Source: Stegostoma tigrinum (lineage: Eukaryota). Taken from it: 64,000 nt of DNA. This document shows positions 24,790 through 36,328 of this stretch, piece after piece; positions within the stretch are counted from its first letter, which is position 1; each line of letters starts with the position of its first letter. The notes beneath the pieces are model-generated. The model was not told where the DNA came from. It did no database searches and was given only the letters and a program-made list of their open reading frames with translations. The stretch covers positions 48,189,734 to 48,253,733 of the forward strand of contig NC_081368.1 of assembly GCF_030684315.1 (NCBI RefSeq), in the 5' to 3' direction. The translations under genes were made by a program, and so were the position numbers.

Positions 24790-26430
24790 AGCAAAATGAG
24801 TCAGCAAAGAAAGAAAACCTGAGCACATTTCATAATGGAATGGCTTTCTGAGGTCATTAAAATTAAATGCCATCTCCAATGCAAAAACAGAATGCGTGAC
24901 TCAGTCTCAGATTCACTTTAACTTATTGTGAAATGTACGATCTGGAGTAGGTGAAAGTTCTCACTGATAATATCATACATGGTGTAAAGATGAATGCATC
25001 AATGCTTCCATACAGGACATTGATGATCATATGACAAAGTAATTGAGAGCTTGCACAGTAAGAATTACACCTTTGGATTTGTGGAGCACATTGGTTTCAT
25101 TACACAAAGGCAGTTCATGGATGAATTGCACAAATCACTCTTTCATACATTGATAGTGGATGAATGTACAGACATTTCAGTTTACAAAATAAAAAATGTT
25201 GATTTTGTACATCAAGTTTGACCAGAATTTGCTTAAAATTCTGCATTTGCAGGAATTTTGAAACTCACTGCATCAGTGCTAATTGTGGCAGCAATCAATT
25301 TTATGTTCAGTGACCTTGACTTACAGAAAATGGTGATGTTTACATTAGACGGAGCAGTTATGCTGGGAAAGATAAAGTAGCCATAGTCTTGTGATGCAAA
25401 ATTAAACATTCATCAGAAGAGCATTGCATTGCTCATAGAAAATATCTGGGAATTGATGTTTGGACAGAGGTGTCAATTATGCAAGACATTAAAATGCTTC
25501 AAAGGAACTATGTAAAATGATCAACTGTGAAGAACAGAAAATAAAATCTTCAAATTGTCCTCGTCAAAGAATGTAATACAGTTGCATTTCAACCTCTGAA
25601 TGATGTGAAGTGGCCGTCAAGACATTTTGCAGTGAGTGCTCTAACATAAAAACCACAATAGCTCAATGGAGTACTGCAGACAGCAAGTGAATAAGCGCAA
25701 TGATCCAAAAAATAAAATATTGCCTGAAACTGCTCACAAAGTCAAAATATTGCATTGCATTGACTGCTTTGAATGACAGTCTCAGTGAACTGGCATCGTT
25801 GTGCAAATTCCTGCAGAAAAGCTCTTTGACAACAATTGACGCTATGCAATTTCCTGACGCCTCACTAAACTGAGGACTCGGTATCTAGGTGAACTTCTTT
25901 ATCGGAGTGAAGAAGGTTCTGGCTGCTCTCAGTGATGTGAACGCTACCACAATCTTTAAATTTATTCAATGCCTACATGACTATCTGGTAAGATTTCCAC
26001 AAGAAGAATTACGAGAGTGGCATGCATTTAACCAGGCTGCAAGAAACCAAGAAAACAGATTATGAATTTGGAAAACACAGTATTGTGCAACATATTGAAA
26101 CATTTCACTTTATAACCACACATTTGTATTATTTTGGTTGAAAAGATACATGAAGAATGGTCCGATTTCAAATTTATGGTTGTGGACATACGTTCTGTTC
26201 AAACATTCAGTGATTTGGTGGGCTATTTCAGGCATCAAGTGCTGACTGCGAGTGTAGATTTAGCCTCATGAATTTGATTAAGTGCAAATCCACAAAGAGA
26301 TTAGAATAGATCGCTTGGGACAATTTGATACAAGTTGGGTCATACATTTCATCTGGACAAATTTTAATCCAAATGCAGTTTACAATCGTTGGGCAGCAAA
26401 TTAAGATTGGTATAAAAGACCGTCAATAAA
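24790..26430 (+). pseudogene. Decayed hAT-superfamily transposase
   Basis: Ordered motif remnants across frameshifts: HTLIVDECTDISV (about 25145-25185), MVMFTLDGAVMLG (about 25330-25370), EHCIAHR (about 25420-25440), FQPLNDVKWPSRHFAV (about 25590-25635), ASSADCExxFSLMNLIK (about 26230-26285). Confidence 0.8.
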
Positions 26431-26459
26431 GGAGTTAATAAACTGCTAGTAAGGAGGTG

Positions 26460-26530
26460 GCAATTCAGGAACAGTGGTAGAATTCCCACCTGTTATGCAG
26501 GAGGTCCAGGTTCAATTCCCACCCAATGCA
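26460..26530 (+). pseudogene. tRNA-Gly(GCC) pseudogene
   Basis: 71 nt colinear with vertebrate tRNA-Gly-GCC (CAGTGGTAGAATTC...GGTTC(A)ATTCCC..CCAATGCA); CpG decay, broken acceptor stem, anticodon altered to GTT, no T-run terminator. Confidence 0.8.
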
Positions 26531-26583
26531 TGGTACTTCTTCCCTTCTGTTCGTGCTATACTCTTTCTAGTGGGTGACAAAAT

Positions 26584-26903
26584 GGTTAGCCCTGCTGCCT
26601 CAGTGGTTTTGATTTTAGCCTTGGGTGAATATGCAAACTCCACACAGACAATTCTCTCTGTGTCTGTGTGGGTTTCTGCTGGGTGCTCCAGTATCCTCCC
26701 ACAGTCCAAAGATGCGCAGGTTAGTTGGATTGCCCATGCTAAATTGCCCCAACAAGGGATGTGCAGGCTAAGTGAAATAGCCACAGTAAATGTAGGGTTA
26801 TGATGATAGAGTGGGGGTTGGGTCTGGGTGGGATGCTCTTTGGAAAGATGGCGCAGACCCAATGGGCTGAATAGCTGCAAACCACACTGTAGGGATTCTA
26901 TGA
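26584..26903 (+). mobile_element. HE1-type V-SINE
   Basis: Central domain gggtttctgctgggtgctcc...ccaaagatgcgcaggttag and tail gtagggattctatga. Confidence 0.8.
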
Positions 26904-27229
26904 TCCTCTTTTGGTCAAATAGTATATATCTTGAACACAGCACCAAATCCAAACAGGTCCCCAGACTTCTGAATTTCCAATTGTTGTTTATTTTAGCAGA
27001 TCGAATATCTGTAGTTGTGAGATAGTATATATGCATGTTTTTGATAGTTAATAATGATAAAAATTGGCATATACATGTAGAATGCCTGTAACTGTAAATA
27101 TTAACAAAAGGCAAAAAAAAACGCAATTCAACTGCCACTCAACGCAATATGCCACTCTGGGACCTACACAGGCCCCAGAAAATTTAGAGGGATCATTGAG
27201 TTCCACCCTTTTCATCATCCTCATTTTTG

Positions 27230-27376
27230 GGCTGTGGGAGGAAATCGGAGTACCCGGACAAAACCCACGCAGTCACGGTGAGAATGTGCAAACTCCACAC
27301 GGACAGTCGCCAAGGGTGGAATCAAACCTGGGTCCCTGGCACTGTGAGGGAGCAGTACTAACCACTGTGCCACCCA
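27230..27376 (-). mobile_element. HE1-type V-SINE, 5' half
   Basis: Reverse complement of head (accactgtgccaccc) and agaatgtgcaaactccacac domain. Confidence 0.8.
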
Positions 27377-27949
27377 GGACTCTGTAAAATGCTGTTGGCA
27401 TAGAAGATTAGTCACAATCACGTTGAGTAGCAGAACTTAATGGGCCGAGTGGCCTACTCCTGCTCCTTTTTTCTATATTTATTTCTGCGAAGCACAAGTC
27501 ATAAACGTTACGAAATACTCTTCACTTCCCTGGATAACCCATTTCTAACAATATTTTAAGTAGTTCAGCTTTATTCAGAACAAAGCAGCCCGCTTGATGA
27601 TACCTCAGCAATGACTGCTCTGTACAACATGCATTGTAGTAACTCGTCAAGGCTTCTCCTGGAATGGATTGCTAGCCACAACATCAAACGTCACTGTTTT
27701 CCTGGCTGTTTCATTTGTTTTAAATATCAAGGTTTATCCGACAGCACCTCACCCAGAACAGCATCATCAGCAGGAGCACGGAAACACAATCACCAACAAT
27801 GTGCCCTCAACAAAAACACACAATAACCTGACTTAGAAATACATCATTGCTCCTGTATTACTGTTAAAAAGAGTCTTGGAACTCCGCCGCCCCCCCCCCC
27901 CCCACCACCACCAATAGGAGGTAGCAGACATCCCTTCCTAATAAGAGAC

Positions 27950-28040
27950 AACAAGGTTAAAGACGTGGATGAGCACAGCAGGCCAAGCAGCACCAGAGGA
28001 GCAGGAAAGCTGATGTTTCGGGTCTAGACCCATCTTCAGA
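27950..28040 (-). repeat. Penelope terminal-repeat fragment with well-preserved hammerhead core
   Basis: Minus strand CTGAAGA-T-GGGTCTAGACCC-GAAAC-ATC-AG at 28010-28039. Confidence 0.7.
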
Positions 28041-28182
28041 AAAATTCTTGGAATAATCGATCACTCTTTATCAAGCTGTTGTTCCCACTTTCTCACATTG
28101 TAGAAGATTCTGACTCCACTCTCCCTCTGACTCAATCTTCATGAAGCTGTTGTTTCCACACGTGTTACTTCTAAGCACAGAT

Positions 28183-28210
28183 TCTCTCCCTCTCTCTCTC
28201 TCTCTCTCTC
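28183..28210. repeat. (CT)n microsatellite
   Basis: Short CT dinucleotide run. Confidence 0.85.
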
Positions 28211-30766
28211 TTTTAGATAGTGGTGACTCTCTGGATCCTCCTTTCTCTCCGTTTTGTTTTAAAACTGTGATATCCGATATGGCTACTTTGATCGTTTCTT
28301 CAGTTTGTCAACTGAAATTTGTTAAGCAGCTAATATTATCACAGGGACTCTTAAAGTCTAACTAGCTGGCATTTATTTCCTATTTTAAAGCTGGATGAAT
28401 TCATGTAGGTGAGTTGCCCTGCTTAAAAGGCCAATTTTGAGAATTAGTTCGAGATATGAAAACTAAGCTTAAACCTTGCATAATTAGGGACTAGTAACCC
28501 AGAGGTTTATGCTGATAATATACAGACATGAGCTCAAAATCCCTGATGGCAACTGGTGAAGTTTGAATTTAATGAATAAATCTAGAATTGAAAGTGAGTC
28601 CAATGAATCCATTATTGACTCTTGTAAAAGAAAATCCCCACATAACTAACGCCTTCCTGGACAGAGAGGCAAGCATCCTTACCCCATCTGGCTGATCAAT
28701 GCTCAGATCCACAGCAATGTGGATGATTCTAAACTGCCACTCAACTGTATCAAGTTGCTACAAAGTCCAAAGAAATGAATGAAACCAGACAGACCACCTG
28801 GCATCAACCTGCGGACAACTGCAAACCTAGCACAGTCACTTGCTCTTCCTTCATTGTCCCATGGCTAAAATCCTGGAAACATTTTTCTCAGAGGACTGTT
28901 GATGTGCTGAGGTCTGCCAGCAATTCAAAAAAAGGCCATTCATCCTCATCTTTTCTGGAGCAGTTATGGATGGGCAATAAGTACTGACTTAGCCAGCAAA
29001 AAACACATTCCATAAATGAAAAACGATTTTTTAAATGCTGTGCAATTATCAGAAATCAGTATACATTTAAACTGAAAGGAGCCTCCCCACTCCAGCCATG
29101 ACAAGAAAATTAACCAAGTATGTCTCTAAACAATTTCTCTGTCATATGCCCTAACTGATATCTGTACAGAAAATGCTTCATATCCATCTGTTCAGTAACC
29201 TTCAATATCAAAAACAAGACTTTTTTAAAGCTGTCATCACTTGACTTTCTTTTATCACCACCATCTTTGATTCAATTAGATGTCTGGGTAATTGCTTGCA
29301 GCTACTTCCACTCTACCAAAAATTCACTGAACTGCAGCAGGCAACCTATTCACATGGAACTTCTGCCATACTTCCACAAAAGAAAAAACACCATTAACAG
29401 CCCTAACTCCAAAGATTTTCCTAGTTTATCTTACAGCATTATCTCTATTTTTTCATAACTGCCACTTTACAAACTTTACTTCAGAAAACATTCACTCAAC
29501 ACTCTACATGCCTGTGTCATCCCAAACACAAAATTTAGAAGAATCTTGGTCTGGAGATATCCAATTTTGAGACACTGTGCCTGTAATTCAACCATAAAAT
29601 TACTGCCCTGATCGTAAACAATATCTCAAGTTTTACAAGGACCATTTTATCATAAGACACTTGTCAGAATTAGATAAACTAAGAAAACAAATGAAAGAGT
29701 TTTAGGTTTGTCAGTAAAATTGGTTAGTGTTCAACAACCAGTACGATCGCTGGATTCTATCAATTCAATCCCTTAATAAGGGACTAGTTCCTCATTTATG
29801 TGTCTGCAACAATTTTGTATTGATTTTATATTACAACAAAAATAAAATTGGTATTTATTTTATGGTTAGGGGGTATTGGCATCCAACCCAACTGATTGAA
29901 CAATATCCTGTATTTTAAGCCATTTTACAGGAGCGTTTTTGAACACAATTTAACATCGCCCCAATGCAAATAGAGATGAAATCATCACTAGCAACCTGTA
30001 ACTTGAATTGTACTCTTGTACCCGCATATCAAAATCACCTAAGTAACATCAGCGTTGGGCTACAGTTTAAAGAATTAAAAGTGTGTGCTTGGTGCAACAT
30101 TTAGTCTAGAATATTTTGGTGTCTTGCTCCGTTATTTCATTAAACTCTACACCAAATGTGCCAGTGTTTACGATGATTAACTTTTTAAATTCGTAATTGT
30201 TAGAGCATTCAGCACCCAAGTCATCACGTTTCTTGAAAACAATGTCGGTAAATTAACTAATAAAGCATTCACTTCTGTTCCCGGAATCTTATAAACAGCT
30301 AGACAACAGTGGCAATTTTGGCAGAAGGTGCTTTTAACCTTTAGTTTACGTTGGAATGGTTCAAAGGAAAGTGAATTATCTATCATGTGTTAGAAACGAG
30401 GTTCAGGAGGAAAAACCCTGTCTGTTCTTGCTCATCCTGCGTCTGTGCTGGGTTACAGTGGAGTCGAAATCGAACCGCGCCCAAAACCCTTTAATTGGTA
30501 CGTTAAATAGTCAACAGTGCACTCACTTATCGTCCTACCTTCTGCCTTTGCTTTATGATGCCCAAGCCTCAAATTAGGTCTTTACGATCCGACTCTCCCC
30601 ATTTTACCCGATTCCTAACTGTCACTCCCACACACTTCCAAATTTCGCAGCTTCCCCCATAATGCTCCCGCTATTCACCTGCTATTTGTCAGCAGCCGTT
30701 GGCGGCTTTCCCACGAATGTTTTAAAATGCCGGTCAGAATATCGGATGAGAAGTGCCTTTACTCAC

Positions 30767-30778
30767 CTTGGCAGCCAT
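30767..30778 (-). CDS. CETN2: Probable CETN2 first coding exon (MAAK)
   Basis: gaaATGGCTGCCAAG|GTGAGT: good Kozak context, consensus donor, phase 0 matching exon 2, directly downstream of a CpG/CCAAT-rich promoter-like segment. Confidence 0.6.
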
Positions 30779-30839
30779 TTCCACACGCTCTAGACAATAC
30801 GTTAACAACAAATTTGCAATTCCCCAGCTGTCGCATTTC

Positions 30840-31060
30840 CAGACGCTCAAGCTCCATAGCAATCGGCCGACCAATCGCAGTCCAGAAGCGGTCATTCCCA
30901 TGGTCACCGGTGACGCGTCAGTCATTTTGGCTAGTAGGCGGGCTCCGCCTGAATATTCACCAATCCGACTGCGGTTCCCACTGCAGGGCAACGCCCCCTC
31001 GTTCTGATTTGTCACGTTAGTGACGTCTGGTGTAATTGCCGTTGACGGCTTCTAGCTTTT
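30840..31060. promoter_or_regulatory. CpG-containing promoter-like region (CETN2, possibly bidirectional)
   Basis: CCAAT at 30871 and 30960, palindrome TGACGCGTCA at 30911-30920, TGACGTCT at 31021, GGCGGG, X-box-like CTCCATAGCAAT; CpG retained in an otherwise CpG-depleted region. Confidence 0.7.
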
Positions 31061-31409
31061 GGCTTGGAGACGAGGGTGTTGGAAAAATTTGGCGGTTTGT
31101 ATTTGGAAGTGTGTGGTGTGCGTTTTTCTCATCACTCTGACCTGCTCAGTACTGCCTATCGGACGTGAAGCCTTTACCAGTAAATCCTCCACTGACCCTT
31201 AAAGTTTCCCTCATCCATATCAGTGTTAACAAGGGTTTCCGTCTCTCTCACCCCCTCAAAACTGTGTGAAGTGATCCCACTGGAAGAAGGAATACGCCGG
31301 ACCAGGGTCATGGGCTCTTGAATTGTGGAACCCTGAAAACCACGGTATCTGCTGCTTCTTCAGCAATAATCTTGGTAAGGATATGCTTCATTCTAGGAAA
31401 TGACATAAA

Positions 31410-32020
31410 CCAAACGTCAACAATAAACAACTGCACCTCCCAGTCGCGAACCATTTCCACTCCCCCTCCCATTCCTCAGACGACATGTCCATCATGGGCC
31501 TCCTGCAGTGCCACAATCATGCCACCCGAAGGTTGCAGGAACAGCAACTCATATTCCGCTAGGGAACCCTGCAGCCCAATGGTATCAATGTGGACTTCAC
31601 CAGCTTCAAAATCTCCCTTCCCCACCGCATCCCAAAACCAGCCCAGTTCGCCCCCTCCCCCCCACTGCATCCCAAAACCAGCCCAGCCTGTCTCTGCCTC
31701 CCTAACCTGTTCTTCCTCTCACCCATCCCTTCCTCCCACCTCAATCCGCACCTCCATTTCCTACCTACTAACCTCATCCCACCTCCTTGACCTGTCTGTC
31801 TTCCCTGGACTGACCTATCCCCTCCCCACCTATACTCTCCTCTCCACCTATCTTCTTTTCCCTCCATCTTCGGTCTGCCTCCCCCTCCCTCCCTATTTAT
31901 TCCAGAACCCTCACCCCATCCCCCTCTCTGATGAAGGGTCTAGGCCCAAAACATCAGCTTTTGTGCTCCTGAGACGCTGCTTGTCCTGCTGTGTTCATCC
32001 AGCTTCACACTTTATTATCT
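31410..32020 (+). mobile_element. Penelope-like element, 5'-truncated 3' end
   Basis: Encodes MSIMGLLQCHN...RRLQEQQLIFRLGTLQPNGINVDF (GIY-YIG C-terminus); nearly identical to 44445-45085; hammerhead-like CTGATGA...AAAAC at 31928-31957. Confidence 0.9.
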
Positions 32021-32729
32021 CGTCAACACTCTGGATTGGGGGTTAAACCGCTTGACTGCTAAAACAGCAAATTTCGTATCCGTATCTCCCTCTCCAATAA
32101 AAGTACCTGAAGCAAACAAGTTATTTTCTCCCATCAAAGACAACAAAGTGTGGAAATGTCAGCTTTCCTGTTCCTCTGATGCTGCCTGCCCTGCTGTGTT
32201 CATTCAGCTACACACACGTTGTTATCTCAAACTCCAGCATTGGTAGTTCCTACTATCTCTTATCAAAGAACAGAAGGTCTTGGCAAAATGAACACAATTT
32301 TAAAGCTACCCACTGGTGGTATTGAATTCTGGTTCTCAGTATTTTTTGTCCGCCCAAAATAACAATTTGTTTTTGTTTGTGCATGTGTGCAAGGGTTTCA
32401 AAATGGATTAGAGTTATATTGATCGCGTGTACCTGTGACTTGAATTTAAATCTTTGTAATAAACAGCCATTCTTTATGTTCAAAAAACCTGATCAGTGGT
32501 TTGATTTTGTTAATTTTATTCCAACAAATAGGTCAATTAGGAGTATACATTACTTTGATTTCATCACTAACTTTTTGTGGTGACCCTGGAATACTCGTGC
32601 TTGAGAATCAACACACTTTCTCAAGTGGGTCATGCTTCCTGTATTTGGACCCCCTCAGTGGCAGCTGTATTTCAGCCCATACACTGTTGCAAGCAGGCCT
32701 GCCAGAGGAAACAAACAAACTGCCCAAAC

Positions 32730-32860
32730 TGCTCTCTGATGAAGGGTCTAGGCCCAAAACATCAGCTTTTGTGCTCCTGAGATGCTGCTTGGCCTGCTGT
32801 GTTCATCCAGCTTCACACTTTGTTATCTTGGATTCTCCAGCATCTGCAGTTCCCATTTTC
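32730..32860 (+). repeat. Solo Penelope terminal repeat
   Basis: Near-identical to 31925-32020 and continues ttggattctccagcatctgcagttccc. Confidence 0.85.
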
Positions 32861-33699
32861 ACATTGCCCAAAATAATGTTGACTTTTCATTGACAACTGA
32901 AATTAGAAGCCTACAACAGCTTACTCTTCTTTCCTGTCCCGTTTCTTTTGCTAAAAGACAAGAGAGACATATTGCTGTATTTGTTTGTCCTCCATTAGTG
33001 AAGAGCCATAGAGTCATACAGCATGGAAACAGACCCTTTCGCCCAACTAAACTAGTCCTATTTGCCTGAATTTGGCCCATATCCTTCTAAAACTTTCCTT
33101 GTCATTTGGCAGGCCCAAGCCTCTCATATTTGCAGCTCGTTTCCAATAAGACCATCAGCAGCCCATACAAAATAATAGAGTATTATCTCAAATATACTTT
33201 TCCAACTTTCCAACTCTTTATATATAAATAAATGTGAAGAAACTCAGCAGGTCTGGCACCATCTGTGAAGGAAGAAACAATATTCTGACAATAAATCGAA
33301 ACAATATTTTGAATACAATATTCTGAATGCTCTCACACCTGCTCAATTTCTCCAGAATATACTGTATTTATTTCGTCTCTTGACTTTAGTGATGTCTTGC
33401 TTTTATTCGCAGCTATGCGGGACCTGACCATTCACCAACAACAAAAGCAGAAGTTGATCGAACAAGTCTGGCACCATCTGTGGAAAGAAAAGAGTTAACG
33501 ATTCGGATCCAGTGACCCTTTTTTAGAAGCGAAAAGTTAATGTTGCTTTTTCTGCATAGATGCTGCCAGACCTGCTGAGTTTTCCCGGAAATTTCTGTTT
33601 TTGTTTCTGATTTCTAGCATCCACAATTCTTCATTTCCAACCCCTGCCCATTCATCCGATTGACCCGGAGAATGGGTAACCTGTGGGTGAAACGAAGCC

Positions 33700-33850
33700 C
33701 CATTCTGATTGGTCACTGCTTCACGTGCCATCACCAGCCCATGGTCATACGATAATCCGATTGGAGGATGCATGTGTCACCCGGGTAACGGTTGCCGAAA
33801 AGCGGTATGTCGACCAATCAGAGACAGGGCTACTATTATCGATGTAGTTG
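33700..33850 (+). promoter_or_regulatory. NSDHL: NSDHL proximal promoter
   Basis: Three CCAAT/ATTGG boxes (33708, 33760, 33814), E-box CACGTG 33722-33727, SRE-like ATCACCAGCC 33730-33739, X-box-like GTCACCCGGGTAAC 33776-33789; NF-Y plus SREBP architecture is usual for sterol-synthesis genes. Confidence 0.7.
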
Positions 33851-33929
33851 AAGAGGTGGAGCTTCGGGTCGTTAGCTGTGCCTGTATCTTTTATTCTAAA
33901 ATCTACGAGGAGACTTTGCTACTGGGGAG

Positions 33930-33947
33930 ATGGCCACACGTTTAAGG
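33930..33947 (+). CDS. NSDHL: NSDHL coding exon 1 (MATRLR)
   Basis: gagATGGCCACACGTTTAAGG|GTAAGG; strong Kozak, phase 0; MATRxR start resembles non-mammalian NSDHL. Confidence 0.88.
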
Positions 33948-34819
33948 GTAAGGATATTGCGGGCTAATGCTATATAATATTGCGAGGTTTTGTTGGATAC
34001 ACAAAGAATGGGGAACTGTCGATGCAGTGTGCAGACTATGTTGTAATACAATGGTAATCACCTGCCCGAATCATTTATGCAAATACACCTGGCGTTTTCA
34101 CTCTAAAAACATGAATTGCTGGAAATGTATGGGATGCGCCTGTGGCGAAAGGGAGAAGCATTTAACCCTTCAGGTCCACGAGCCTCCCCAGACTTGGAGA
34201 AAGTGAAAGGATGAAGGCAGGGAAAAGATCACAAAAGGTAGACAGTGATAGAGTGTAAATTAGGAGACATCACCTGATAAAAGGATTAATGTTGCAAGGC
34301 CAAAGGAACCAATGCCTAATATGGTGTTATATTGTGCACATAGTGAAAAGGCAGGATATTGACAGCAGTTAATGATGTTTATTAGAAGTGCTGGTGCGGA
34401 CACAATCTGCCGAGTCGCAGCCTGCTGCACTGTAACACTTTTGTGATTATGCCACCTGAGATCTGATGAATGGTATCATGGAGAAAGGTGACGTTTTCCC
34501 TGCTATTAAAAGAATCCATTGCTTTTTTTAATGGTTGCACAAATGATGACTGAGGAGTGGACCAACACCATGCAAAAGGAATGGTTCTTTTGGAATGCTG
34601 GAAGTGAAGGACACTGTATTTGACATCACACTTGAGCTGGCAGAAATGGCAGAGGATGATCAATTGTCTGCAAAGTCTGGTGGAGTAGAATGAGAGAACA
34701 AGTGGAACACGAGAATGGTTCGAGGAAGGAAGGGAGGAGTTGATAGCTGGAATGCATCTAAAGGGAGAGACAAGATTGAGGTCATTTCAATCAGTCAGGT
34801 AGAGAGAGAGACTTTGATT

Positions 34820-35130
34820 AGAATCATAGAATCCCTACAGTGTGGAAGCAGGCCATTCATCCCAACAAGTCCACACCGCCCCTCCAAAGACCCATTCTCT
34901 TACCCTTTCTCTATAATCCAACATTTCCCATATCTAATCCACCTAATTTACACACCCTGAGTCACTACGGGCAATTTAACATGGCCAGTCCACCTAACCT
35001 GCACATCTTTGGATTGTGGGACGAAGCCAGAGCACCTGGAGGAAACCCATGCAGACACGGGGAGAATGTGCAAACTCCACACAGACAATCAGTCGAGGGT
35101 GGAATCAAAACTGGGTACCTGGTGCTGTGA
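34820..35130 (-). mobile_element. HE1-type V-SINE
   Basis: agaatcatagaatccctacagtgtgg tail and central domain in reverse orientation. Confidence 0.85.
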
Positions 35131-36166
35131 TTATGGAAAAGGAACTTGCATTAGAAGTGCTAGAGGTTTTGAGTTATTTTTGTTGTTCTTGGGATGTTGG
35201 TGTCGCTGGCTAAGTTAGCATTAATCATCCTGGAGAAAGTGATGGCATGCTGCCTTCTTGAACTGTGGTAGTTTGTGGGGTGCTTGTAGACTTGTAGGGC
35301 TTTTAGGGAAGTTGTTCCAGAATTCTGAGCCAGTGACTGTGAAAGAACAGTGATGTAGTTCCAAGGTATAGTGGCTTGGAGGAGACCTTGCAATGGGTGG
35401 TGTTCCCATGCATCTGTAGCACTTGTCTTCTAAGATCTCGAGGTTCCAGGTTGGGTAGATGCTGTGAGAGCAGCATTGATGAATTAATATAGAGCAGCTT
35501 GTTAATCGGACATCCTCTTACCGCAGAGAGTTGGTGATGAAGGGAGTAAATGTTGAAGGTGGATGGGGAATATTTTATCACAGTCCCAATTTGTGTCCTG
35601 TAGGTGGTGGATAGGGATGAGGGGAGCAGAAGATGACCTACTTTCCAACCTCTGACCTATTCTGGTAGCCACTTTATTTATGCATCGCAGGCCAGTTAAA
35701 TTTCTGGTCACTGTAATCTCCCCATGACATTTTAAGATCAACAATTTTAGATTATAACCTCTGCTCCCATTTTGTTTCCTTGTTGGCTTTTCAACAAAGA
35801 TATTGAAAAAGTTTTGTTTTTTTTTCCTTTTGGTTGGCAGTTTTTCATGTTGCCTACACATATCTTTTATTCCTTTACTTGCCCCATTATTGATTGTGGC
35901 TTTGGAGCATTGATCCTTGTGATAATACGTTCCCTCCTGATGTTTAATACCCCTGCATTTTACCCTGTCACAGACCTTCTCCCTTGCTCTTTTTCTACCT
36001 CTACCTGCTCAAAATCTATTACATCTCTGACTTTTCCCAGTTTCGATGAAAGATTATTAACTTGAAACACTAACTCTCCTCCTCAGATGCTGGCAGGCCT
36101 GCTGTGCATTTTATAGATGACAAAAATGTAATATGTTTTACTTTTGACTGACTTTTCGTTTTATAG

Positions 36167-36328
36167 CACAATAAGAAATGTACAGTTATCGGGGGCTCAG
36201 GTTTCTTGGGTCAGCATTTGGTGAAGAGGCTTCTGGAAAAAGGCTACACTGTTAATATTTTGGATGTTCGAAAACCTGTTGAGAATGAAAGAATTCAGTT
36301 CTTCAGTGCGGATTTGTGCTGTAAAGAG
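36167..36328 (+). CDS. NSDHL: NSDHL coding exon 2 (Rossmann NAD(P)-binding motif)
   Basis: ttatag|CAC...GAG|gttggt; [54 protein letters not shown]. Confidence 0.96.

Noticed and set aside
26512-27138. 208-aa minus-strand ORF
   Set aside because: Runs through an HE1 SINE and AT-rich intron sequence; no domain or splice support.
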